A model generated the notes under the pieces. That model did not search any database and was not told the origin of the DNA. It was given only the letters and a program-made list of their open reading frames with translations. DNA of 64,000 bases, from IMG/VR virus record IMGVR_UViG_3300028886_000042, one strand, 5' to 3'. Of the stretch, positions 56,006 to 64,000 are shown piece after piece. Source of the DNA: a virus. Its lineage: Duplodnaviria > Caudoviricetes. Numbering within the stretch: position 1 is the stretch's first letter; each line of letters starts with the position of its first letter. The position numbers and the translations under genes were made by a program.

Positions 56006-57158
56006 ATATTTCTTCCAAAGGGGAATTGAGTCCTAAATTCATACCGGGTGTTAATTCAATTGAATTAGTTTCATCTTCATCTTTAGTGTTATTATATTCT
56101 TCTATATATTCCTTAATAACAGATTCTACAATAGCATTAATTCTATCTCTTGATTCTTCCATGCGATAATTATTTTTGTTGTTAATAAGATTATTTATAG
56201 CAGTATCATTAAGTTTCGGAAACCTCTCCTTTAATTTTTTGAAAAGGGAAAAATACGAAGTTGCATCGCACTCAAAGGTTCCGTTGCTTGTTTTAACCGA
56301 GAAAATTCTTTTTGGCTGTTTCTGTACAACTTCCGGTTCTGGTCTCTTTACTGATAATGTCTGACCGCTTGTTTCAGGAAGCATATTCTTCAATTCATCC
56401 AACCATGGTTTTCCTTCAAGATTCCAGTACCTCCATGTTCTAAAATTCTTTTTATATCCTTTATTGAAAAGGAAATCTATAACATCATAATCATTAGTGG
56501 TTACAACTTTATTTCCGCGTTCTTCTTCACTGGTGGATATAACATTGACAAGGTTCTGATTTGAAGTTATTGACAGTCGCACTTCACCGTTTCTATAAAA
56601 TGAAATAACTGCTGTTACGGAAGATTTCTTATTGTTAAGTCTCTTCTCCTTCCTTGCCTTCATTTCATCACTCAGTTCAAGGTTTTTCATATCTTCAGCA
56701 CTTGCCAACCTTTGTATAGTAAATAAACCGTTTGACTTCGAAGAAACTGCATAACCTATTTCCTTAAACTCTCTGCCGTGTGCCTGTTTCGGACAATATC
56801 CGTTCATGTATGTGTAATAATGGCACATTTCATGAACCAAAGTGGCTAAAAACCCCTTTTCAGTACCGCTGTAATTACCGTTTATTGAAATTTTAGGACG
56901 GCAAAGTTCAACAAAATTACTGCTGTCAACATATGTATTTTCATTCCAACCGGGAAGATACATTCTTCTTGAACTTATATTAACCCTGATTCCACTGTTT
57001 GTTACCGAAAACCAACCTAATACACCTCCTTGCGAACCGGGGCCGGTTGTAAATACAGAAAATTCACAGGGCCCTAATTCACTGTTAAAAAGCCAAGAAT
57101 TCATTTCCTGATACTTCTCAGCCATCCAACTTACGGTAGGTTTAAAACTTTTGTCCAT
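56004..57158 (-). CDS. SprT-like zinc metalloprotease
   Basis: N..LF...L, TLVHEMCH, HG.EFK; C-terminal EES...INAIVESVIKE motif. Confidence 0.8.
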   Translation of the reverse strand: MDKSFKPTVSWMAEKYQEMNSWLFNSELGPCEFSVFTTGPGSQGGVLGWFSVTNSGIRVNISSRRMYLPGWNENTYVDSSNFVELCRPKISINGNYSGTEKGFLATLVHEMCHYYTYMNGYCPKQAHGREFKEIGYAVSSKSNGLFTIQRLASAEDMKNLELSDEMKARKEKRLNNKKSSVTAVISFYRNGEVRLSITSNQNLVNVISTSEEERGNKVVTTNDYDVIDFLFNKGYKKNFRTWRYWNLEGKPWLDELKNMLPETSGQTLSVKRPEPEVVQKQPKRIFSVKTSNGTFECDATSYFSLFKKLKERFPKLNDTAINNLINNKNNYRMEESRDRINAIVESVIKEYIEEYNNTKDEDETNSIELTPGMNLGLNSPLEEI

Positions 57159-57436
57159 CAGATTTCCTCAATTTCCTCTTCCTCGGGTTCTTCTTCTTCG
57201 TCAAACAAGCCTAAATCGTAGTTACGGTCAATATGTTCGATAAATCCTTCAATATCATCTGAACTCATCCAGTTCCATAATTCGCTGATAAATGTATCAT
57301 CGCCCAACATTTCGCGTACATCATCCCACATATTGAGAGTGTTCTGATTAATTGAACCTTCGCTGATAATTCTTCTTACTGATTCTCTGATAATATCCTT
57401 TAACATTGATTCTGTTAATCTTTTTTTCTGTTTCAT
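57158..57436 (-). CDS. small acidic protein with N-terminal RLTES.LKDIIRESV motif
   Basis: 92 aa; stop overlaps the SprT start; ATATTTATT box upstream. Confidence 0.75.
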   Translation of the reverse strand: MKQKKRLTESMLKDIIRESVRRIISEGSINQNTLNMWDDVREMLGDDTFISELWNWMSSDDIEGFIEHIDRNYDLGLFDEEEEPEEEEIEEI

Positions 57437-57477
57437 TTTTTTTATAAAATCTTTTTAATAAATATGGGTAATAAACG

Positions 57478-57505
57478 AAAAAATGCGCCTATCTCTAAGC
57501 GCATT
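57478..57505 (-). terminator. intrinsic terminator
   Basis: aatgcgc...gcgcatt stem with an A run on the + strand. Confidence 0.55.
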
Positions 57506-57511
57506 ATATGG

Positions 57512-58063
57512 TTATTTCCTACCTAATTTAAGCCATTCTTCTTCCGTGTACCATATATTTTCATTATCATATGCTATATAGGTTACACCTTCCTTAATAC
57601 CCCCTCTGTCACAGAACTGATGGATAATATCTTCTATATGCTGAAGGTTATTGACAATGAATTCATCAAGTTCCCTCAAATGTTCAATTACCTCCTTCGG
57701 ATATTTAGGGCCGTCGGTATCTTCCTCAGTTCCTTTTATTACCTGTTCCGACAAACCGAGTATAAAAGCCATTTGGTCGTACCAGAAGTCGCACTGATAC
57801 AGGTCATATGTATCTATACCGTAGTATTTATCATTATCTTCGTCAGCATAAGCCTTTGATTTCTGTGAAATCCTGTCAATATTATACAGTGTTCTTAATA
57901 CATTCGGGAAGGTATCATTTTTATATCTTTCCAACTCCTTACGTATTGAACGTGTATATTTGGTAAGGTCTGACTTTTCATGATTAATCTCTATTTTTCT
58001 GACTCTGAGGTTTCTTATGAGTTTAAGATGTTCCTCAGTAAATGTTAATTTGATTTTCGCCAT
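57512..58063 (-). CDS. hypothetical protein (183 aa)
   Basis: Last ORF of the minus-strand operon. Confidence 0.7.
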   Translation of the reverse strand: MAKIKLTFTEEHLKLIRNLRVRKIEINHEKSDLTKYTRSIRKELERYKNDTFPNVLRTLYNIDRISQKSKAYADEDNDKYYGIDTYDLYQCDFWYDQMAFILGLSEQVIKGTEEDTDGPKYPKEVIEHLRELDEFIVNNLQHIEDIIHQFCDRGGIKEGVTYIAYDNENIWYTEEEWLKLGRK

Positions 58064-58074
58064 ATTTTTATATA

Positions 58075-58953
58075 TTATCTTACCATGAATTTAGTATTGT
58101 TCTTCATTTTTTTCAATGAAGATTTGATAATTTGTCTGACTCTCTCTGTTGTTATATTTCTTGAACGTGCGATTGACTCAATATGTTTCTCATCACATCC
58201 TATACCATAATACTCCCTTACAATTTCAGAATCACGTTCACCGAGGAGTTTAAGGAGGGTTTCAACAATGTTCTTATTATCAGACTTTACATTATCCTCT
58301 TCCACATTATTAGTGGATGTTATACTTTCATAGGCAAGCGTATCTTCGCTAAGGGAATGTTCCTTCGGTTCAAAGTATGAATCATCTATTGAGGACATTG
58401 TCACAGTTTCTAGGTCGCTTGCGTGTTTCACTGATATATTATATTCCTTTTTGAGGAAATCCTTAAGTTCATGTGCAGTGGGATAACGGTCATTCTCTAC
58501 AAAGAATCTGTTTCTTGCCTTCGGTACATAGGTATAGAGTTTTACTGCGTTGGAAGGAACTAATGCCTTTTCGTTGAATATCACATACTCATTTATATAT
58601 TTTCTTACCCACCATACAGCATATGTAAGGAATCTCTGTTTCTTGCTTAAGTCATAGTTGTCAATAGCCATAAGCAGACCGATATTAGCCTCATTTACTA
58701 TATCCATAAGGTTATCGCCCTTCTGCCAACGCCTGGCAACTGATACAATGAATCTCTGATTACACTCAACAAGTTTCTTACGTGCCTCAGATGATATTAC
58801 CGGATTTTTTGACTTAGCCTTTTTAAGGAGTTTTCTTTCCTCATCGCTTGTAAGGATAGGATAACCCTTAATATCATCAAAATATGCGTTAGTTAACTCC
58901 GTTCTATTCCAAAAGCCACAATCCTGTGACTTACAATCTATCAAAAATGCCAT
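58075..58953 (-). CDS. phage sigma70-family factor (regions 1.2, 2, 3 and 4)
   Basis: YF.DI..YP.LT.DEE..L, LVECNQRF..SVA, D...EANIGL..AI..YD....RFLTYAVWW.R, R.PT..EL, TTERVRQI. Confidence 0.9.
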   Translation of the reverse strand: MAFLIDCKSQDCGFWNRTELTNAYFDDIKGYPILTSDEERKLLKKAKSKNPVISSEARKKLVECNQRFIVSVARRWQKGDNLMDIVNEANIGLLMAIDNYDLSKKQRFLTYAVWWVRKYINEYVIFNEKALVPSNAVKLYTYVPKARNRFFVENDRYPTAHELKDFLKKEYNISVKHASDLETVTMSSIDDSYFEPKEHSLSEDTLAYESITSTNNVEEDNVKSDNKNIVETLLKLLGERDSEIVREYYGIGCDEKHIESIARSRNITTERVRQIIKSSLKKMKNNTKFMVR

Positions 58954-58964
58954 TTTTCTGAAAA

Positions 58965-59489
58965 TTATTTCTTCTTTTTAAGTACAACTGTACACTTATT
59001 TCCCTCTTCACGCGGAAAAGCTTCCGGTACTGATATGTCAGACAGAATATCTATGAACTCGTAAAGGCATTTTTCCGATTCTTCCCTACGTGTAAGTTCC
59101 CTTCCCTTCATAGTAAGTACAACCTTTACCTTATCACCGTCCATAATGAATTTCCTTGCCTTGTTAGCCTTAACATTGAGGTCATTTGAGGCTATGTTGG
59201 TTCTAAGCTGTATCTCCTTTACGGTTGTCTGTACCTTCTTGTTGTTCTTGAGTTGCTTTTTAAGTTCGTACATATACTTTGAATACTCCTCAATTCTGAC
59301 AATCGTAGGATTAGCCTTACCGTTTACCTCAATCAAGTCCTTACCCTCAGAAGAAGCCCTGTTCAGTGCTTCCTTAAACGGTATGATAACTGATTTGTTT
59401 TCACCTTCTGACTTGTATACAAGTCTGACTTCACTACAACCTGTAATTTCGCTGTTAATTCTTGGTTCGTCAAAACCTTTTTTCTGCAT
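58965..59489 (-). CDS. infC: translation initiation factor IF-3
   Basis: RIN.EI....VRLV, EAL..A.....DL.EV, I.EY.KY.YE.KK, KEIQLR..I...DL..K...A.KF...GDKVKV....KGRE. Confidence 0.93.
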   Translation of the reverse strand: MQKKGFDEPRINSEITGCSEVRLVYKSEGENKSVIIPFKEALNRASSEGKDLIEVNGKANPTIVRIEEYSKYMYELKKQLKNNKKVQTTVKEIQLRTNIASNDLNVKANKARKFIMDGDKVKVVLTMKGRELTRREESEKCLYEFIDILSDISVPEAFPREEGNKCTVVLKKKK

Positions 59490-59505
59490 GTTAATGTAAT
59501 ATAGA

Positions 59506-60363
59506 TTAATTTTTGAATTTTCTGATTTCAATAATTTTTATTATGTTGCCCGGTATTTTATCTTCTGTATATACACCTATATCAGAATTAGGGTCTAGAT
59601 AAAAACGGACATTATCTTCGAGTTTCATTATGTCAATGCCTAACAAAGCATATTCTCCGTTATTTCTGCTGTCACCGTTTATAGAACAAAGTTTCTGTCC
59701 TAAATTGTACAACTCAGTCGGTGTTGAATCACCCTTTATGAGGTATATTCTTGGAGGGAAGTGATAAAGAGTGTTTTTGCAGTCAGGTATTAGACCGTTT
59801 TTCAGTATGATATCAGACAGATAATGCGGTGTCCAGTGAAACAACGTGTTATATCTTAACTTTATCGCTTCTGTCTCATCTGTTTGTTTTTCTGATTTAG
59901 GTTCGAACTGTAAAACCTGAAAAGTCATTCCGTTTACTGTCTGAGGCGGCTGCTTCAAGCCTAAAAAATAACCCATCTTATCCATGTCGCGCTCAATTAG
60001 CGTAACATTTATTCCAACAAGTGCGATTATAACGTAAACAGATATCTTGTTTTCTGCCTCGACTTTTTTTACAAGGTCAGAAGAGAAATAATATTTTTTC
60101 CTTATTTTCTCAACTACCTCATCAGCCGGTAATACATCTCCGAAATTTTCATTTAAACCCGGTAAATCTGACAGTATATCATTAAAGGAAGTTACCTTTG
60201 GTGTTAATCTTAAGTCGCGGTAAGCATCCCTTAAAACATTAATGTCAATATCAGATATGTCAATATTTGTATTTGCAGTTTTCTTTTCTAATACTCTGTT
60301 TACGATTTCCGAAATGATATGCTTAAGTTCCCTTTTTGTTATATGCTTTGTTTTTTTCCGCAT
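59506..60363 (-). CDS. putative ADP-ribosyltransferase-fold protein (Tpt1/DarT-like NAD-binding domain) with N-terminal tag
   Basis: LFHWTP....I..NGLIP......PRIYL...L.ID......FY.DP....GVYT...IP...I; N-terminus ITKRELKHIISEIV. Confidence 0.6.
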   Translation of the reverse strand: MRKKTKHITKRELKHIISEIVNRVLEKKTANTNIDISDIDINVLRDAYRDLRLTPKVTSFNDILSDLPGLNENFGDVLPADEVVEKIRKKYYFSSDLVKKVEAENKISVYVIIALVGINVTLIERDMDKMGYFLGLKQPPQTVNGMTFQVLQFEPKSEKQTDETEAIKLRYNTLFHWTPHYLSDIILKNGLIPDCKNTLYHFPPRIYLIKGDSTPTELYNLGQKLCSINGDSRNNGEYALLGIDIMKLEDNVRFYLDPNSDIGVYTEDKIPGNIIKIIEIRKFKN

Positions 60364-60364
60364 G

Positions 60365-60973
60365 TTAATATTGAATAGTTTTTTTCTGTTTGGTTTGTGG
60401 AGGCATAAGATACAGTTCATTCAAAATCTGAAATCTTGCCGGCCACAACTCGTTATATTTATCGGCATCCGTTTCCCTCATTTTCCTTATCTTATCTATG
60501 TTAAAGTCAATCTCCTTGTATTTATCAATCTGAGGATAGTCATAGATATCGAGGTCAACGTCTGTCATTGTTTTATTTATGATTTCCATAACCTTTTCAC
60601 TGTCACCGTTACCGTCAAACCTTGTACAGCCCAACATTGTTGTCATGAGTTTCTTACCCCTGAATTCAGCATTAGCGGTTTCAAGTGAATGTTCAAGTGC
60701 ATCGTAGTCAAGAAAAACCCTTTTACAGTGCGGAAACTTTGCTATATACAGTAATGATATGACAGGTTTGCCTTGAATGGTCATTCTTTTGCCTAATTTA
60801 CGCTCATCACCGTATTTAGTATTGTTGTTTATATTGTCAATATAAGGGTATTTTATAGCCATCTTAGACTGAAAACCGTTAGTCAGCATACAGTATATAC
60901 TCGTACCTACCAAAACGGCATCATAGTTTTCAGTAAACCATATGGCATCCTTACCGGTTATAATGTTAACCAT
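60365..60973 (-). CDS. macrodomain protein (DarG/TARG1-like)
   Basis: I..G.D, DAVLV......M..GF......KYP, LG, DY.ALE.SL, K.L....LGC...DG.G...V..II......D..IY pattern. Confidence 0.7.
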   Translation of the reverse strand: MVNIITGKDAIWFTENYDAVLVGTSIYCMLTNGFQSKMAIKYPYIDNINNNTKYGDERKLGKRMTIQGKPVISLLYIAKFPHCKRVFLDYDALEHSLETANAEFRGKKLMTTMLGCTRFDGNGDSEKVMEIINKTMTDVDLDIYDYPQIDKYKEIDFNIDKIRKMRETDADKYNELWPARFQILNELYLMPPQTKQKKTIQY

Positions 60974-61412
60974 GCGAGTTCAAGTCAATCAGTTGTTTAT
61001 AAAACACAAGATGGGAAGGATGCGTACATTTTTCAAGGTCATCGTAATTCATCCACCTGTATGAATCGATTTCAGGATTAAGTCCGTTATCTGCCATGTT
61101 CGAAAAACACTTTGAAGGGTCGATATTCGGATAGTGCAAGGCGAATGCGGCTACTGTTTTCTTCGGATTCTGTAATACAGTACCCAACGGTATCAGCATC
61201 TTACTTTCACAGTCCTCAAGTGTAAGTCCTGACTCTTCCTTGAATTCACGAATCGCCGTAGTTTGGAAATCTTCACCCTTCTCAACACCTCCTTTAAGGA
61301 ATGCCCAGTAATTACGGTGTTTCCAACTGTTGCCACCCGGATGACCTACGAAAAATTCCATTTGATTTTTATCATTTACCCTGAACGGGATTATTCCTGC
61401 TGAGAATTTCAT
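60966..61412 (-). CDS. NUDIX hydrolase
   Basis: Nudix box GGVEKGEDFQTTAIREFKEESG; SAGII, HPGG..W, PEID...W. Confidence 0.92.
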   Translation of the reverse strand: MKFSAGIIPFRVNDKNQMEFFVGHPGGNSWKHRNYWAFLKGGVEKGEDFQTTAIREFKEESGLTLEDCESKMLIPLGTVLQNPKKTVAAFALHYPNIDPSKCFSNMADNGLNPEIDSYRWMNYDDLEKCTHPSHLVFYKQLIDLNSHG

Positions 61413-61418
61413 CCTATC

Positions 61419-62519
61419 TTAACTGAAATTTTTGCTTTTCTTTAATTTCTCTATGAGTTTACTTTCCTCATTTGATATTGACTTAGGCATTTTGTACTTA
61501 ATCAGTACCTGTAAGTTTCCGTGCGTTCCGTTTCCTCTTGAGAGTCCCTTACCTGTCAATGCTATTACACTGCCTTCTTCAATTCCGCTTTTGACTGTGA
61601 ATTTATATGTTTTACCGTCCAAATACTTAAACGTTCTCTCACAGCCTGTTATACAGTTCAAAACGGGTACTTCGTCAATAAATGCCAAATCATAAGGGTC
61701 GTTAGGTGCAATCTTATATTTACCTTCCTGTGATATTCTGAAGTATATGATAAGGTCTCCGTTAGGGCCTTCAGAGTGTTCACAGTAATTACCCATACCG
61801 CTGATTCTTATCCCTACACCGTCCGTTACTCCGTCAGGTATGTCGATTAAAAGTGCTTCCTCTGTTTTTACAAGCCCTGTACCACCGCACTTCGGACATG
61901 GATTCTTTATTACTTCACCCGTTCCGTTACAGTACTGGCATGGATGTGAATTCTGTATAATACTGAAACCGTACTGGCGTGTTTCGGTAATCATACCTGT
62001 ACCGTGACAGTGCGGACAGACTGTTGACCCTGAGCCGTCCTTAGAACCCTTACCGCCGCATTCCGAACAAGGCTTGAAACGGTCATATCTGATTTGTTTC
62101 TTACCTCTCTTATAAGCCTCTTCAACAGTCAGGGTAACCCTTACCTTAACATCAGTTCCTGACTTTACCCTATGGGTATGGAAACCTCTGAAAGCGTCAT
62201 CATCACCAAACGGACTGAAACCTGTATGATGCATGAAATGCTTAAGTATCTCATCCATTCCGAAACCGCCGAAATTTGAATCAGTAGTCCCGAATGTATC
62301 ATACTGCTGTCTCTTCTGAGGGTCTGATAATGTCTCGTATGCCTCAACTGCCTCCTTGAACCGTTCCTCAGCCTCCTTATTACCGGGATTCTTGTCAGGA
62401 TGGTTCTCCATGGCGATTTTTCTGTATTTCTTCTTAATTGCTTTTTCAAAATCATCACCTTTAAGTTTCTTCTCCTCATCGGTAATGCCTAAAATTTCAT
62501 AATAGTTTTTTTCTGACAT
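61419..62519 (-). CDS. dnaJ: DnaJ chaperone (J domain, G/F region, zinc finger, C-terminal domain)
   Basis: YYEILG, HPDKN, four CxxCxGxG repeats; start ATG 62519. Confidence 0.96.
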   Translation of the reverse strand: MSEKNYYEILGITDEEKKLKGDDFEKAIKKKYRKIAMENHPDKNPGNKEAEERFKEAVEAYETLSDPQKRQQYDTFGTTDSNFGGFGMDEILKHFMHHTGFSPFGDDDAFRGFHTHRVKSGTDVKVRVTLTVEEAYKRGKKQIRYDRFKPCSECGGKGSKDGSGSTVCPHCHGTGMITETRQYGFSIIQNSHPCQYCNGTGEVIKNPCPKCGGTGLVKTEEALLIDIPDGVTDGVGIRISGMGNYCEHSEGPNGDLIIYFRISQEGKYKIAPNDPYDLAFIDEVPVLNCITGCERTFKYLDGKTYKFTVKSGIEEGSVIALTGKGLSRGNGTHGNLQVLIKYKMPKSISNEESKLIEKLKKSKNFS

Positions 62520-62544
62520 TGTTACTTGATTTTTTTTTTCTTGG

Positions 62545-62578
62545 TGCAAAGGTAACTGCTTATTTTCTTATATGCAAG
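62545..62578 (-). promoter_or_regulatory. Bacteroidetes sigmaA-type promoter for the dnaJ operon
   Basis: Minus strand: CTTG (62575-62578), 20-nt spacer, TACCTTTG (62547-62554), then CA. Confidence 0.6.
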
Positions 62579-62599
62579 AATAAAAGGTTAAAAAAGCTT

Positions 62600-62636
62600 A
62601 AAAAGCCCCTAAGCAGAATATACTTAGGGGTCTTTT
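62600..62636 (-). terminator. terminator after dnaK
   Basis: cccctaag...cttagggg stem flanked by A/T runs. Confidence 0.7.
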
Positions 62637-62637
62637 G

Positions 62638-64000
62638 TTATTTTGCATCCTGAATTTCTTCATCAGAATTTGTCGGCTGTGCTGTCTGTGTTGTCGTATT
62701 AGCACCGCCGTTCTTAAACATATCCGCGAACTGTGAAGCATCAAAGCCTCCGAACGGATTCTGACTGCCTGCATTATTCTGACCGTATGCCTTAGCGGAA
62801 ATTCCGTGCCACTTGTCCTGTATTTCCTTTTCAAGGTTATCCAGTTCAGTGAAGTCACCGCTCTCCTTCATCTTCTTAAGTTCCTCAATCTTACCTTCGA
62901 AGAAACTCTTTTCCTCATCAGTTACTTTATCCTTGAGGTTTTCAAGCGTCTGTTCGGTTGAATAGATAAGTCCCTCGCATTTATTTGCCTTTTCAAGCAT
63001 CTGCCTTGTTTTCTCATCCTCAGCTGCATGTTCTTCCGCTTCCTTCCTGATTCTGTCAATCTCATCCTGAGTAAGGGAAGATTTGTTCTCAATCGTTATG
63101 TGCTGCTCCTTGTTCGTTGCCTTATCCGTTGCACTGACTGTTACGATACCCGAAGCCGATATGTCGAAAGTAACCTCAATCTGAGGAACACCCCTTCTTG
63201 CAGGTGCGATTCCGTCAAGGTTGAACAATCCGATTTGCTTATTATCCTTAGCCAGAGGACGCTCGCCCTGTAATACATTAATCGTTACGGAAGGCTGATT
63301 ATCCTGTGCTGTTGTGAAAATCTGTGATTTCTTACACGGAATCGTAGTATTAGCCTCAATCAGTGTTGTCATAACACCGCCCATGGTTTCAATACCCAGT
63401 GTAAGAGGGGTAACATCAAGCAGCAGCAAATCGTCCGAACCTTCACCGCCTGTTATAATGTTGGCCTGAACAGCAGCACCCATACTTACGGCTTCATCAG
63501 GATTAACACTCTTATTCAAGGGAACATTGAATGTCTCAGTAAGGGCATCCTGAAACTCCGTTGAACGTGACTGACCGCCTACAAGAAGAATGCAATCAAG
63601 TTCACTGTTCTTAACGTTAGCCTTCTTCATCGCTTCAACACCACAGGCAATGGCCTTGTCAATCAGATGCTTTGTAATCTGTGCGAACTTAGCCTTTGTA
63701 AGTGTTAATACACAATGCAGCGGTTCTCCGTCCTTCACTGACAGATAAGGAAGGTTAATCTCAGTCGAAGGTGAAGTTGACAGTTCAATCTTTGCCTTTT
63801 CAGCAGCCTCCAACACACGCTGTATCGCCTGTGCCGAATCATTACCGCTCTTAAGGTCAACTCCGTTCTGTCTGTTAAACTCCTCAATTACCCAGTCGGC
63901 AATTGCATTATCAAAGTCACTACCACCGAGGAATACGTCACCGTGGCTTGCAAGCACTTCAACCATTCCATCTGACAGTTCGCATACACTAAAATCTGTA
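62638..64000 (-). CDS. dnaK: DnaK/Hsp70 chaperone (5' part outside the window)
   Basis: [66 protein letters not shown]. Confidence 0.98.
   Translation of the reverse strand, partial: TDFSVCELSDGMVEVLASHGDVFLGGSDFDNAIADWVIEEFNRQNGVDLKSGNDSAQAIQRVLEAAEKAKIELSTSPSTEINLPYLSVKDGEPLHCVLTLTKAKFAQITKHLIDKAIACGVEAMKKANVKNSELDCILLVGGQSRSTEFQDALTETFNVPLNKSVNPDEAVSMGAAVQANIITGGEGSDDLLLLDVTPLTLGIETMGGVMTTLIEANTTIPCKKSQIFTTAQDNQPSVTINVLQGERPLAKDNKQIGLFNLDGIAPARRGVPQIEVTFDISASGIVTVSATDKATNKEQHITIENKSSLTQDEIDRIRKEAEEHAAEDEKTRQMLEKANKCEGLIYSTEQTLENLKDKVTDEEKSFFEGKIEELKKMKESGDFTELDNLEKEIQDKWHGISAKAYGQNNAGSQNPFGGFDASQFADMFKNGGANTTTQTAQPTNSDEEIQDAK

Noticed and set aside
628-63273. Numerous 60-150 aa ORFs overlapping long genes on the opposite strand or in alternative frames
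   Set aside because: They are shadow ORFs of real genes (antisense S/L/F-rich translations) with no independent expression signals.
1-64000. Stop-codon reassignment (TAG=Gln) as in Lak and some crAss-like phages
   Set aside because: Standard code gives dense coding with uninterrupted 2589- and 2738-aa ORFs. TAG appears as a plausible true stop, for example at 1175 before a terminator.
50524-64000. Bacterial chromosome rather than phage, given clpP, ssb, infC, dnaJ and dnaK
   Set aside because: These genes lack their bacterial operon partners (clpX, rpmI/rplT, grpE). They are interleaved with phage-type genes and share promoter motifs with the baseplate and replication regions.
1-64000. tRNA or rRNA genes
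   Set aside because: No cloverleaf or T-loop pattern was recognised in the short intergenic gaps by eye. tRNAscan-SE would be needed to exclude them formally.

Overview
This 64 kb window is a segment of a large (jumbo-type) myovirus-like bacteriophage genome read in the standard genetic code. The host is almost certainly a Bacteroidota anaerobe. Ten intergenic sites carry the Bacteroidetes primary-sigma -7 box TAnnTTTG, eight of them with TTTG 19-20 nt upstream, and the phage encodes an anaerobic ribonucleotide reductase. In order, the window holds: a replicative helicase; nrdD-nrdG; a ~28 kb baseplate/tail module (gp25-like, gp6-like, and 2589, 1011, 677, 650, 306, 2738 and 382 aa proteins); separated SbcD/Mre11 and SbcC/Rad50 genes flanking a RuvC-like gene and an inserted 16-repeat BspA-like LRR gene; a first sigma70 factor; a cluster of probable head-associated proteins; a putative holin; ClpP; Thg1; SSB; a PD-(D/E)xK nuclease; several zincin proteins; and a minus-strand run dnaK-dnaJ-NUDIX-macrodomain-ART-IF3-sigma. 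The most interesting signals are: (1) a coupled NUDIX/macrodomain/ADP-ribosyltransferase-like trio; (2) a short 'LTES.L..II.E' tag shared by many unrelated proteins, possibly a virion-loading signal; (3) an unannotated 54-aa lipoprotein made almost entirely of Bacteroidetes O-glycosylation sequons; (4) a variable-surface LRR gene preceded by a perfect 37-bp palindrome; and (5) a multi-class promoter code. All functional calls come from motif recognition by eye; no database searches were run.
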